DNA of 64,000 bases from an uncultured Saprospiraceae bacterium (GTDB lineage Bacteria > Bacteroidota > Bacteroidia > Chitinophagales > Saprospiraceae), in contig CALIHL010000124.1 in NCBI GenBank assembly GCA_938022935.1, forward strand, positions 11,585-75,584, given 5' to 3'. Under the pieces are notes generated by a model. The model was not told the DNA's origin. It worked only from the letters and a program-made list of their open reading frames with translations, and did not search any database. The position numbers and the translations under genes were made by a program. This document shows, piece by piece, positions 28,971 to 37,316 of the stretch. How positions within the stretch are numbered: position 1 is the first letter of the stretch; each line of letters starts with the position of its first letter.

Positions 28971-29413
28971 TGAAAACTTCTATAGAGCTATTCTCTGAAG
29001 ACATTAACTTTATATATGAGAACAAAGCGTCGCTGCAAGACTGGATACTACAGATACTAAGTAAAGAGGAGCGTACTGCCAATTACATAAACATCATATT
29101 CTGTGACGACAAATATCTCCTGAAGGTCAACCAAGACTATCTCGATCACGACCACTACACAGATATTATCACCTTTCAATACGAAGAAAAGCCCATAGAG
29201 GGTGAGTTATTCATCAGTATAGACCGGGTTAGAGAAAACGCCCAAGAGCGCGACTTATCATTTGCTAATGAACTGCATCGAGTGATCGCTCACGGAGTCT
29301 TACATCTCATTGGATTTGGAGACAAGAGTGAAGAGGAAGTAACAACGATGCGTGCGAAAGAAGAAGAACACCTATCCGGTGGCAAGCATTTATACTCAAG
29401 CCAGACAGCTTAG
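28970..29413 (+). CDS. ybeY: rRNA maturation endoribonuclease YbeY
   Basis: About 147 aa with the HRVIAHGVLHLIGFGD metal motif. The ATG overlaps the upstream TGA (TGATG). The track lists a TTG start at 28967. Confidence 0.85.
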   Translation: MKTSIELFSEDINFIYENKASLQDWILQILSKEERTANYINIIFCDDKYLLKVNQDYLDHDHYTDIITFQYEEKPIEGELFISIDRVRENAQERDLSFANELHRVIAHGVLHLIGFGDKSEEEVTTMRAKEEEHLSGGKHLYSSQTA

Positions 29414-29470
29414 ACGTGTTCTAAATAATTAGTCGCTCGATGTCCTCTTAGGGCAGGCAGTTTAAATCCT

Positions 29471-29478
29471 TAATTTTG
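29471..29478 (+). promoter_or_regulatory. Bacteroidetes -7 box TAATTTTG for the sdhCAB operon
   Basis: It matches TAnnTTTG exactly and lies about 95 nt upstream of the sdhC ATG. Confidence 0.4.
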
Positions 29479-29573
29479 TGAAACACAAAAAAAGATGATT
29501 TGCTTCAAGCAAGCTTATTAAGAATAAAAGAGCGAAAATCATCTTGAAAACAAACTACTACAAAGAAATATAG

Positions 29574-30257
29574 ATGAGTTGGTTGTTAAACTTTTTTACC
29601 TCGAGTATCGGGAGGAAAATAATCATGTCCTTGACTGGTTTATTCCTGATCTTATTTTTGACGGTTCACCTAATAGGTAACCTTCAGCTCTTAGCAAATG
29701 ATGGAGGCAAATCCTTTAATGCATACTCTGACTTGATGGGCAATAACACCTTGATACAGATCATATCCAAGGGTAACTTCTTCTTTATCATACTGCATAC
29801 GATCCAAGGTTTTATGCTTTACTTCAAGAATAAGGGAGCAAAAGGATCGAAATATGCCGTGAGCCCAAAAAACAAGACGAGTTGGGCTTCAAAAAACATG
29901 GCCTTATTGGGTACATTGATTTTGGCGTTTATACTCATGCATCTAGGTCACTTTTACTTTCAGTTTAAGTTTAACGCAGATGCATTAGCCACTGTCAACT
30001 ACGACGGAGAAACGATAATTGATTCTTATCAAAAAGTAGTTGAGGTATTGACCAACCCTCTTTGGTTAGGTCTGTATCTTTTAGGTCTTGCCGTTTTAGC
30101 ATTTCATTTGAGTCATGGATTTGCAAGTGCTTTTCAGACATTGGGATTGAGTCATAAAAAGTACACGCCCATCATTAACTTTCTTGGAAAGGCATACTCT
30201 ATTATAATACCATTGGGTTTTGCAATTATTCCCCTTTACCTATTCTTCACCAAATAA
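29574..30257 (+). CDS. sdhC: succinate dehydrogenase/fumarate reductase cytochrome b subunit (b558 family)
   Basis: 227 aa with 5 TM segments carrying conserved His residues. It sits immediately upstream of sdhA and sdhB. Confidence 0.85.
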   Translation: MSWLLNFFTSSIGRKIIMSLTGLFLILFLTVHLIGNLQLLANDGGKSFNAYSDLMGNNTLIQIISKGNFFFIILHTIQGFMLYFKNKGAKGSKYAVSPKNKTSWASKNMALLGTLILAFILMHLGHFYFQFKFNADALATVNYDGETIIDSYQKVVEVLTNPLWLGLYLLGLAVLAFHLSHGFASAFQTLGLSHKKYTPIINFLGKAYSIIIPLGFAIIPLYLFFTK

Positions 30258-30269
30258 GAGACGAGAGAT

Positions 30270-32261
30270 ATGAAGTTAGAAAGCAACATACCAGTAGGAA
30301 GTCTTGATGAAAAATGGACGAAATACAAATCCAAGATGAACCTTGTAGCGCCAAATAATAAGAGGCGCATAGAAGTGATCATTGTTGGAACTGGATTAGC
30401 GGGTGCTTCTGCAGCCGCAACGATGGGAGAATTAGGATACAATGTAAAGTGTTTCTCTTTTCATGATAGTCCAAGAAGAGCACATAGTATAGCAGCCCAA
30501 GGAGGTATCAATGCCGCTAAAAACTATCAGAATGATGGTGATAGTGTTTATAGGTTATTCTATGATACAATCAAGGGCGGAGATTATAGATCGAGAGAAG
30601 CTAACGTACACAGACTTGCAGAAGTCAGTGTTGATATTATAGATCAGTGTGTCGCCCAAGGTGTTCCTTTTGCAAGAGAGTACGGTGGTCTTTTAGAAAA
30701 TAGATCTTTTGGTGGTGTACAAGTGTCAAGAACATTTTACGCAAGAGGCCAGACAGGTCAGCAGTTATTGATTGGTGCTTATCAGGCATTGTCAAGACAG
30801 ATCTCAACCGGTCAAGTTGAGATGTACAACAGACACGAGATGTTAGATCTTGTTAAAGTTGACGGTAAAGCACGAGGTATCATCACACGTAACCTCATCA
30901 CAGGAAAAATAGAAAGACACGCTGCGCACTGTGTTGTACTTGCAACAGGTGGCTATGGTAACGTTTTCTATCTTTCAACCAACGCGATGGGCTCTAATGT
31001 GAGTGCGGGTTGGAGAGCAGTAAGAAGAGGAGCGCTCATGGCAAATCCTTGTTACACGCAGATACACCCTACTTGTATCCCAGTGTCCGGAGAATATCAA
31101 TCTAAGTTGACATTGATGTCTGAGTCATTGAGAAATGATGGTAGAGTCTGGGTGCCAAAGAAAGTTGAAGATGCAGAGGCGATACAGCGAGGAGAAAAAA
31201 CAGGCTTAGACATAGCAGAAGAGGATCGTGATTAGTATTTAGAAAGAAGATATCCAGCATTTGGTAATCTTGTGCCACGTGATGTTGCATCAAGGGCAGC
31301 TAAGGTAGCTTGTGATGAAGGCAAAGGGGTATCTCCAACAGGCCTTGCAGTCTTCCTTGATTTTACAGATGCAGCACTTAGATATGGAAAAGCGAAAGCA
31401 CACTCTATGAATCTTGGTGCATCTGCAGATTATAAAAAACTAGGACAAGAGATTATAAAAGCAAAATATGGTAACCTCTTCCAGATGTATGAAAAGATCT
31501 CTGGAGAAAATCCATATGTATATCCTATGAAAATCTTCCCTGCTGTGCATTATACAATGGGGGGCATCTGGGTAGATTATAATCTACAGACTAATGTGCC
31601 GGGCCTCTTCTGTCTTGGAGAAGCAAACTTCTCTGATCATGGTGCCAATAGATTGGGAGCATCTGCGCTGATGCAAGGATTGGCAGATGGATACTTTGTT
31701 ATACCATACACAATTGGTCAGTTCTTGTCTCAAGAAATAAGAACGCCTAAGTTTTCAACGGACTTGCCAGAGTTTGAAAAAACTGAAAAGTCAGTTAAAG
31801 ATCGACTGGCTCAGCTTCTGGCTATCCAAGGCAATCAATCTGTCGAATCATTTCACAGAAGACTTGGAAAGATTATGTGGGAATACTGCGGTATGTCACG
31901 CAATGCTGAAGGCTTACAAAAAGGTCGTGATCTCATCCGTGAACTAAGAGCAGAATTTTACAAAGATGTATTTATACCAGGAAGTGTAGATGAGTATAAT
32001 CCTGAATTAGAAAAAGCAGCTCGTGTAGCGGACTTTTTAGAGTTGGGTGAAGTTATGATGGTAGATGCACTTAATAGAAACGAATCTTGCGGTGGCCACT
32101 TCAGAGAAGAATTCAGGTCTCCTGAAGGTGAAGCAATGAGAGATGATGAAAACTATACTTACGTAGCTGCTTGGGAATGGGCAGATGATGGTAATCATAT
32201 CTTACATAAAGAGGAGCTACAGTTTGAAAACGTAGAACTCAAGACAAGATCATATAAATAG
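30270..32261 (+). pseudogene. sdhA: succinate dehydrogenase/fumarate reductase flavoprotein subunit, interrupted by an in-frame TAG at 31233-31235
   Basis: ORFs 30270-31235 and 31272-32261 share one frame. The FAD motif is [10 protein letters not shown]. Read-through gives ...[25 protein letters not shown]..., and the combined length of ~663 aa equals a full SdhA. Confidence 0.85.
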
Positions 32262-32288
32262 AATACTCCAAAATAGAAAATAACAACG

Positions 32289-33044
32289 ATGAGTGGCGAT
32301 TTAAATCTTACCCTTAAAGTCTGGAGACAATCAGGTCCTAATGCTAAAGGAGCACTAAAAACTTATAAAGTTGTAGCTAACGAGCATATGTCCTTTTTAG
32401 AAATGTTGGATGTTCTTAATGAGCAGCTAATATCTGAAAAAGAGACTCCTATTGTTTTTGAGCACGATTGTCGAGAAGGTATATGTGGGTCTTGTAGTAT
32501 GGTCATCGATGGTAGACCACACGGTCCTCAGACAGGTACAACAGCTTGTCAGTTACACATGAGACATTATAAAGATGGAGATACAATTGTTGTTGAACCA
32601 TTCAGAGCAAAATCTTTCCCAGTACTAAAAGATCTCTCTGTTGATAGAGGAGCTTTCGATCGAATCATCCAAGCAGGAGGTTATGTATCTGTCAACACAG
32701 GACAAGCTGTAGATGGCAACTCTATACCGATCGAACAAGAAGTTGCATTGAAGGCATTTGATTCTGCTACTTGTATCGGTTGCGGTGCATGTGTTGCCGC
32801 ATGTCCTAATGGATCTGCGATGCTATTTACTTCTGCTAAAGTTTCTCACCTAGGATTATTACCACAAGGTAAAGTGGAGAATACGAAGCGTGTAAAAAGT
32901 ATGGTAGCACAAATGGACAAAGAAGGCTTTGGTATGTGTTCTAATGTAGGAGCATGTGAAGCGGAATGTCCAAAGGAAATCAGCCTCGACAATATCGCCA
33001 GATTAAATCGCGCTTATACTGGTGCTGTCTTAGGGTCTGAATAA
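32289..33044 (+). CDS. sdhB: succinate dehydrogenase/fumarate reductase iron-sulfur subunit
   Basis: 251 aa with cluster motifs [23 protein letters not shown] and [12 protein letters not shown]. Confidence 0.92.
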   Translation: MSGDLNLTLKVWRQSGPNAKGALKTYKVVANEHMSFLEMLDVLNEQLISEKETPIVFEHDCREGICGSCSMVIDGRPHGPQTGTTACQLHMRHYKDGDTIVVEPFRAKSFPVLKDLSVDRGAFDRIIQAGGYVSVNTGQAVDGNSIPIEQEVALKAFDSATCIGCGACVAACPNGSAMLFTSAKVSHLGLLPQGKVENTKRVKSMVAQMDKEGFGMCSNVGACEAECPKEISLDNIARLNRAYTGAVLGSE

Positions 33045-33074
33045 TCGATTAGTTCTCAACAAAGTCCGGTTTAC

Positions 33075-33788
33075 TTACTTATAATTAGACAACAGATTAT
33101 AGTAGTCTAAACTCTCTTGATAAAGATCTTCTAGCTTATGAGGCAGAACTCTATTGCTTGATTTTTGTTTCTGAAAACCCGTACTTGCCCAGACATTCTT
33201 ATACCAATGTTCAGCCCAAACACCATCTTGTTCTATTGGGCCTTTATCCCAGCTCAACATATCTTTATCAAACGGAATCCCAATACGCTTACAAAGTCTC
33301 GTAAGCTTTTGTTTGGGATCTGAAAGTGTATCGTTAGAGTCTATAACTATCGGTTCTTTTCCTTGATCTATCAAGTACTTACAAATTTCCCATTCTCTTT
33401 TCAAGCCTATATCCTTCATTGTAGGATTGTCGATCACCTGAGCAAACGAAGCAATCAGTTGGTAGGGATCTCTGATTAGAAAAACATTAACTAGATCTTC
33501 TAAAAACCCCAGCGCTACATCCTGATAGTGATGAGCCATCCCTTTGATAAAGTAGATGTCCCTATCTACTTCATTAAAAATACATTCTCTTTTAACCTCT
33601 TCCATAGAGTGAGGTAGAGCTGACAATATCTCTTCTGTCGCTGGATGATAGTTAACGCCTGTATGGTTGAGGTAGTAGGCATACATAGGCTCATCAATAA
33701 CTTCTGTATCACTTCTATTGGCAAACGAGTACATCAAAGCCGTAGAGATATTACGAGGTCCAGATATAAGATTAATTCTCGTTGTCAT
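33075..33788 (-). CDS. sulfotransferase-fold (P-loop-like) family protein, function unknown
   Basis: 237 aa. ISGPRNISTALMYSF...DEPMYAYYL resembles uncharacterised sulfotransferase-like proteins. The assignment is from memory only. Confidence 0.4.
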   Translation of the reverse strand: MTTRINLISGPRNISTALMYSFANRSDTEVIDEPMYAYYLNHTGVNYHPATEEILSALPHSMEEVKRECIFNEVDRDIYFIKGMAHHYQDVALGFLEDLVNVFLIRDPYQLIASFAQVIDNPTMKDIGLKREWEICKYLIDQGKEPIVIDSNDTLSDPKQKLTRLCKRIGIPFDKDMLSWDKGPIEQDGVWAEHWYKNVWASTGFQKQKSSNRVLPHKLEDLYQESLDYYNLLSNYK

Positions 33789-33791
33789 GGA

Positions 33792-34127
33792 TTAGTCCTT
33801 ATCCAATTCTTGCGGGTGCCAGAAGTACTTATCAAAATCCACTACCTTATCGTTTTGAACCTGGACCCCTTCTTCTTCTAACAACTCTTGCATCAATGTC
33901 GGTGTCTTAAAGTGTATCCTACCTGAGAGCTCTCCCTTTCGGTTTACTACTCTATGAGCTGGGACATCTCCCATATCACTTTGGTTTGATTGAGTTAATG
34001 CCCAACCCACCATTCTTGCAGATCCTAATGACAAATAGTCCGCTATGGCTCCATAATTTGTTATTCTACCTTTTGGTATCTTTTGTGTTACATAATAGAC
34101 TAACTCAAAGTAACTTTGCTTCTTCAT
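33792..34127 (-). CDS. MGMT-family DNA-binding protein lacking the acceptor Cys (alkyltransferase-like, ATL)
   Basis: 111 aa. IPKGRITNYGAIA...ARMVGWAL...VPAHRVVN carries Ala in place of the PCHR cysteine. Confidence 0.75.
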   Translation of the reverse strand: MKKQSYFELVYYVTQKIPKGRITNYGAIADYLSLGSARMVGWALTQSNQSDMGDVPAHRVVNRKGELSGRIHFKTPTLMQELLEEEGVQVQNDKVVDFDKYFWHPQELDKD

Positions 34128-34137
34128 AATTTGATAT

Positions 34138-34608
34138 ATGCTGAATAGAAAAGTAATTGCTACTGAAGTAACAAACTTAACAGATGCCAGATACTTTGCC
34201 GCTAGAGGGATAGATTATCTTCTTTTTGATCTTGATAAGATATCATTAGAGCAGATCTTAGAGATCAAAGAGTGGGTAGAAGGGCCTGAGCTACTTTTAC
34301 TTTTGTCTTCGTCATCTCTAGCTCTATTAGATGAAGCCATCATAAAAGCCAAGCCCATCGCCATAGCAAGCAAGGAAAGTAGTGTTACTCACGAGATAAA
34401 GCACCTCGAGGGGCATGTACAACTGTTTGATTGGGCTGACAAAAAGATCTCTATAGAGTTAAATGATTATCACTTGGTTGCTGACGAGTCAGACTTAGAC
34501 AGTCTTGGAAGTGAAGATGGAGTGATCATCACTGGTGGATCTGAAGATGCCGTTGGTGTTAAGGCATTTGATCAGCTAGATGCTATACTAGATAAGTTAG
34601 AAGACTAA
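34138..34608 (+). CDS. hypothetical protein with weak TrpF-like N-terminus
   Basis: 156 aa. TNLTDARYFAARGIDYLLFD faintly resembles the phosphoribosylanthranilate isomerase N-terminus. The protein is too short and divergent to call. Confidence 0.3.
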   Translation: MLNRKVIATEVTNLTDARYFAARGIDYLLFDLDKISLEQILEIKEWVEGPELLLLLSSSSLALLDEAIIKAKPIAIASKESSVTHEIKHLEGHVQLFDWADKKISIELNDYHLVADESDLDSLGSEDGVIITGGSEDAVGVKAFDQLDAILDKLED

Positions 34609-34620
34609 AGCTTAACCAAT

Positions 34621-35688
34621 CTAGCCCTTAATCATTCTCTTGACCTTCTTATCGTTCCTGATGATTTTGTAGAACTCTGTCACAAACTTAGACAGTCTCT
34701 TTTTGGATCCACCAGAAAGAAATGCTGACCCTTTAATAGTTGAGAATATCTTAGCTTCCTTTTCTATGAAATGATTGATACACATCTTCAACTCTTTCAT
34801 AGTTACGTTCTTGTCCATAAAGTGCCTCTGGGTCACTTTGTCAATTGGTAAATTCTCCGGGGCCATAGCGTAGACATTATTTATAATCCCTGAGTAATCA
34901 AAATCATAGGGCACTATGATTAAGGAGTTATCTTCTAATCTTCTATACAAGTCAGTATTATGACCTTTTCTTGCTGACCAGTCTGAGTTAGAGATCATGA
35001 ATTGAAACATACACATCTTTACATACTCTTCTCTGTTTAAGACATGGGTTCCCACTGTTTTGTTCTTTAAAACTTTTGTTCCTGTTCTAATTTCAAAATC
35101 ATCATCATCCTCCAATAAGAAAGCATCAAATGACTTCTTTTCTCCCTCTATTTCAACTTTGATCATTTTAGATCTTCGAGCATAAGGGCTTACAACGGCA
35201 TACAAGTCATACAGTATCTTTTCCATTTTAATGGTTTCTGACATATTCTTACTAGTGTTGCACTGAAAGACTATCTTCGATTTATCCAGCCCTTTTAAAA
35301 AGCCTTGAGATACAAGCTCTTTCTTTTTCATGTTGAGCTTTACAGGGGGCATCTTGCAAATCTTTCTTCTTGTTTTTCCTCCTAGTTCAAATGATGTTGT
35401 GAACGCATACTTTTTTCCATCAACAGATAAGTTTATTTTACCATCAGTAGCATTTCCTTTTTTAAAGTTAGAAGTTATCTCTTTAATCTTTGAAGAGAGG
35501 CCTATCACAACCTCTTCTGCTTCGTATATCAAGGCGTACAAAGAGGTTGTGTCACCTCTTGAAAGCTCAGGCGTTTTTGCTCTTTGGCTGAGTTGGGCCT
35601 TATAATTAGCTAGCGATATATCAGAGAAAGAGTAAAATGCAAACAGTATGAATAGTAGTAGCGTCGACTTTACAATCCTGATTGACAT
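34621..35688 (-). CDS. secreted protein, possibly CotH-like (atypical kinase fold)
   Basis: 355 aa with a signal peptide. GGKTRRKICKMPPVKLNMKKK and NSDWSARKGHNTDLY...VPYDFDYSG resemble CotH-family blocks as I remember them. The start is 2 nt after the upstream stop. Confidence 0.35.
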   Translation of the reverse strand: MSIRIVKSTLLLFILFAFYSFSDISLANYKAQLSQRAKTPELSRGDTTSLYALIYEAEEVVIGLSSKIKEITSNFKKGNATDGKINLSVDGKKYAFTTSFELGGKTRRKICKMPPVKLNMKKKELVSQGFLKGLDKSKIVFQCNTSKNMSETIKMEKILYDLYAVVSPYARRSKMIKVEIEGEKKSFDAFLLEDDDDFEIRTGTKVLKNKTVGTHVLNREEYVKMCMFQFMISNSDWSARKGHNTDLYRRLEDNSLIIVPYDFDYSGIINNVYAMAPENLPIDKVTQRHFMDKNVTMKELKMCINHFIEKEAKIFSTIKGSAFLSGGSKKRLSKFVTEFYKIIRNDKKVKRMIKG

Positions 35689-35690
35689 GA

Positions 35691-36347
35691 CTAAAAAATA
35701 TAGATTAATGCAAATGTGAGTAGAATGGATAAGATCAACCCAAAGATGAAAATATTAAACGCCAACCTTATCCACCTCATTTTCTCTGATAGACGGGCCC
35801 CGATGTGATAAAAGTCATTGGATAAAAACGTCTTTACTTTTCCTTCATCTTCTAAGACAGAATTAGAATAATCTAAATAATCATCCTTTGACATTCTTTC
35901 AAAGTTTCCAAAAAAGAATGGACTAATTTGGTTTTTCTCATTGATTTGGATCTTCTGTCCGCCAAGCTTGCTGGGTCTCAATACAAACACAGAAATTGAA
36001 ATAGTCGCAAGACATGTCAGTATCAATATCCCCAAAGGAATAAACAAGCCCTCTTCCATAATCAGATCTTGGTTAGGGATCATCAAGGGAACTATGAATG
36101 TCAACATCAAAGCATTCAAACTCAAGAGCACGTTAGCTTTGTTGTCTGCGATATTGGTCAGCTCTATATTATTACGTAGTGTTGTTCTAAGGATACTGAT
36201 CGTATTCTTAGAATACCCTTTGTCCTTCTTATCTTTTTTCTTCTTTTTATTTTTCTTACCCTTCTTCTTGTCTGAAATGACAATTTCTGACTCATCAGAT
36301 TGTTCTTCTGTTGTTTTTACTACTAAGAGATCTTTACTGGTCGACAT
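35691..36347 (-). CDS. DUF5706 (Pycsar-effector-type TM domain) membrane protein with Lys-rich N-terminus
   Basis: 218 aa. ...NIADNKANVLLSLNALML..., FFFGNFERMSKDDY and a C-terminal TM match the DUF5706 module that is normally fused to an HD domain in Bacteroidetes. Confidence 0.6.
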   Translation of the reverse strand: MSTSKDLLVVKTTEEQSDESEIVISDKKKGKKNKKKKKDKKDKGYSKNTISILRTTLRNNIELTNIADNKANVLLSLNALMLTFIVPLMIPNQDLIMEEGLFIPLGILILTCLATISISVFVLRPSKLGGQKIQINEKNQISPFFFGNFERMSKDDYLDYSNSVLEDEGKVKTFLSNDFYHIGARLSEKMRWIRLAFNIFIFGLILSILLTFALIYIF

Positions 36348-36425
36348 AGAGGCTTAAATGTATCCTTTAAAATAATCATATTACTCACCATAATTGGGGA
36401 TTCTCCTGTCGCGTGATGGCGTACG

Positions 36426-37199
36426 CTATGCCCACTCAGAGATAGACATAGCAACCGCCTTGTTATCACTATCAGATATTTGGTGAAAACATCGATCGCC
36501 CTCAGTTGACTTGAGGACAATCAAAGTGTCATCCAAGTAGCACTCGGCTTTAATGTGAATAGTGAATTTCTTCATTTGCCTTGAGCGAAGCACTTCTTCA
36601 TCTGTTGACTGAATCATCAGCTTCGCAAGTATGATATTATTCACATGTTTGTTCCAATCTAAGTCATAGTGTCTTATGACATAGCTATAGTTCTTTTTCA
36701 GAATCGAACTCATCTTTAGTCTTACTTGGGGTCGCGGCAGACATTGATCTGGCTCTGGCGTGTCTAAGGCCATGATGTGATCAGGTATTTTGTTAATCTT
36801 CCTTTCTGTAAGGTTCATCAAGGTCCAAGTGGAAGATGCTGTTGCTAGCTCATTACCATCTTCATCAAAGACCCAAAAGTCTCTATAAGCAAAGATTTTT
36901 TGAAAGCCAGCAGGATAAGTAACAACCTTAACCTTATCTCCAAGTGTTGGCATTTTCAAAATATTCAACTCCTTTCTCAGTATGACCCATGATAGATTAC
37001 TCATCTCTTCATCCCATAAGGAGATCTGAAGTTTTCGTGCATTGTGCATAGAAGCCTCCTGCATCAACATCAACAATGCTGGCACTGTCAATCGCTGCCG
37101 TGCATCGATCTCATGTGTTCTTATCGTATACCAGTCTTCGTATCCATTGGGCGGTGCATTCTTCATCTCCAAAATCGTATAGCAGTGCAAACTAACCAT
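36426..37199 (-). CDS. acyl-ACP thioesterase family protein
   Basis: 257 aa with a double hotdog pattern: Y.IRTHEID..Q.L...WVILR...TYP...FAYRDF...STWTLMN and YDLDWNKHVNN. Confidence 0.8.
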   Translation of the reverse strand: MVSLHCYTILEMKNAPPNGYEDWYTIRTHEIDARQRLTVPALLMLMQEASMHNARKLQISLWDEEMSNLSWVILRKELNILKMPTLGDKVKVVTYPAGFQKIFAYRDFWVFDEDGNELATASSTWTLMNLTERKINKIPDHIMALDTPEPDQCLPRPQVRLKMSSILKKNYSYVIRHYDLDWNKHVNNIILAKLMIQSTDEEVLRSRQMKKFTIHIKAECYLDDTLIVLKSTEGDRCFHQISDSDNKAVAMSISEWA

Positions 37200-37316
37200 A
37201 CGTTGTAGACTCTCATATAATCATGCTTTCAAAGTGTCAAAAAAGTGATGTGATATTCGATCTTCTCTACAGTTGCCATATATTAGCTCGCCTAACAAAA
37301 GATTAAAAAGAAGAGT

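Noticed and set aside
31272-32261. The track ORF starting at GTG 31272 as an independent gene
   Set aside because: It is in frame with the upstream sdhA fragment. The 12 codons between the TAG and the GTG ([12 protein letters not shown]) belong to the conserved SdhA block, so the GTG is just an internal Val codon.
35691-37199. A complete Pycsar anti-phage system (cyclase plus effector)
   Set aside because: The gene upstream of the DUF5706 protein is a clear acyl-ACP thioesterase with a double hotdog pattern, not a nucleotide cyclase. The DUF5706 protein also has no recognisable cNMP-binding domain.
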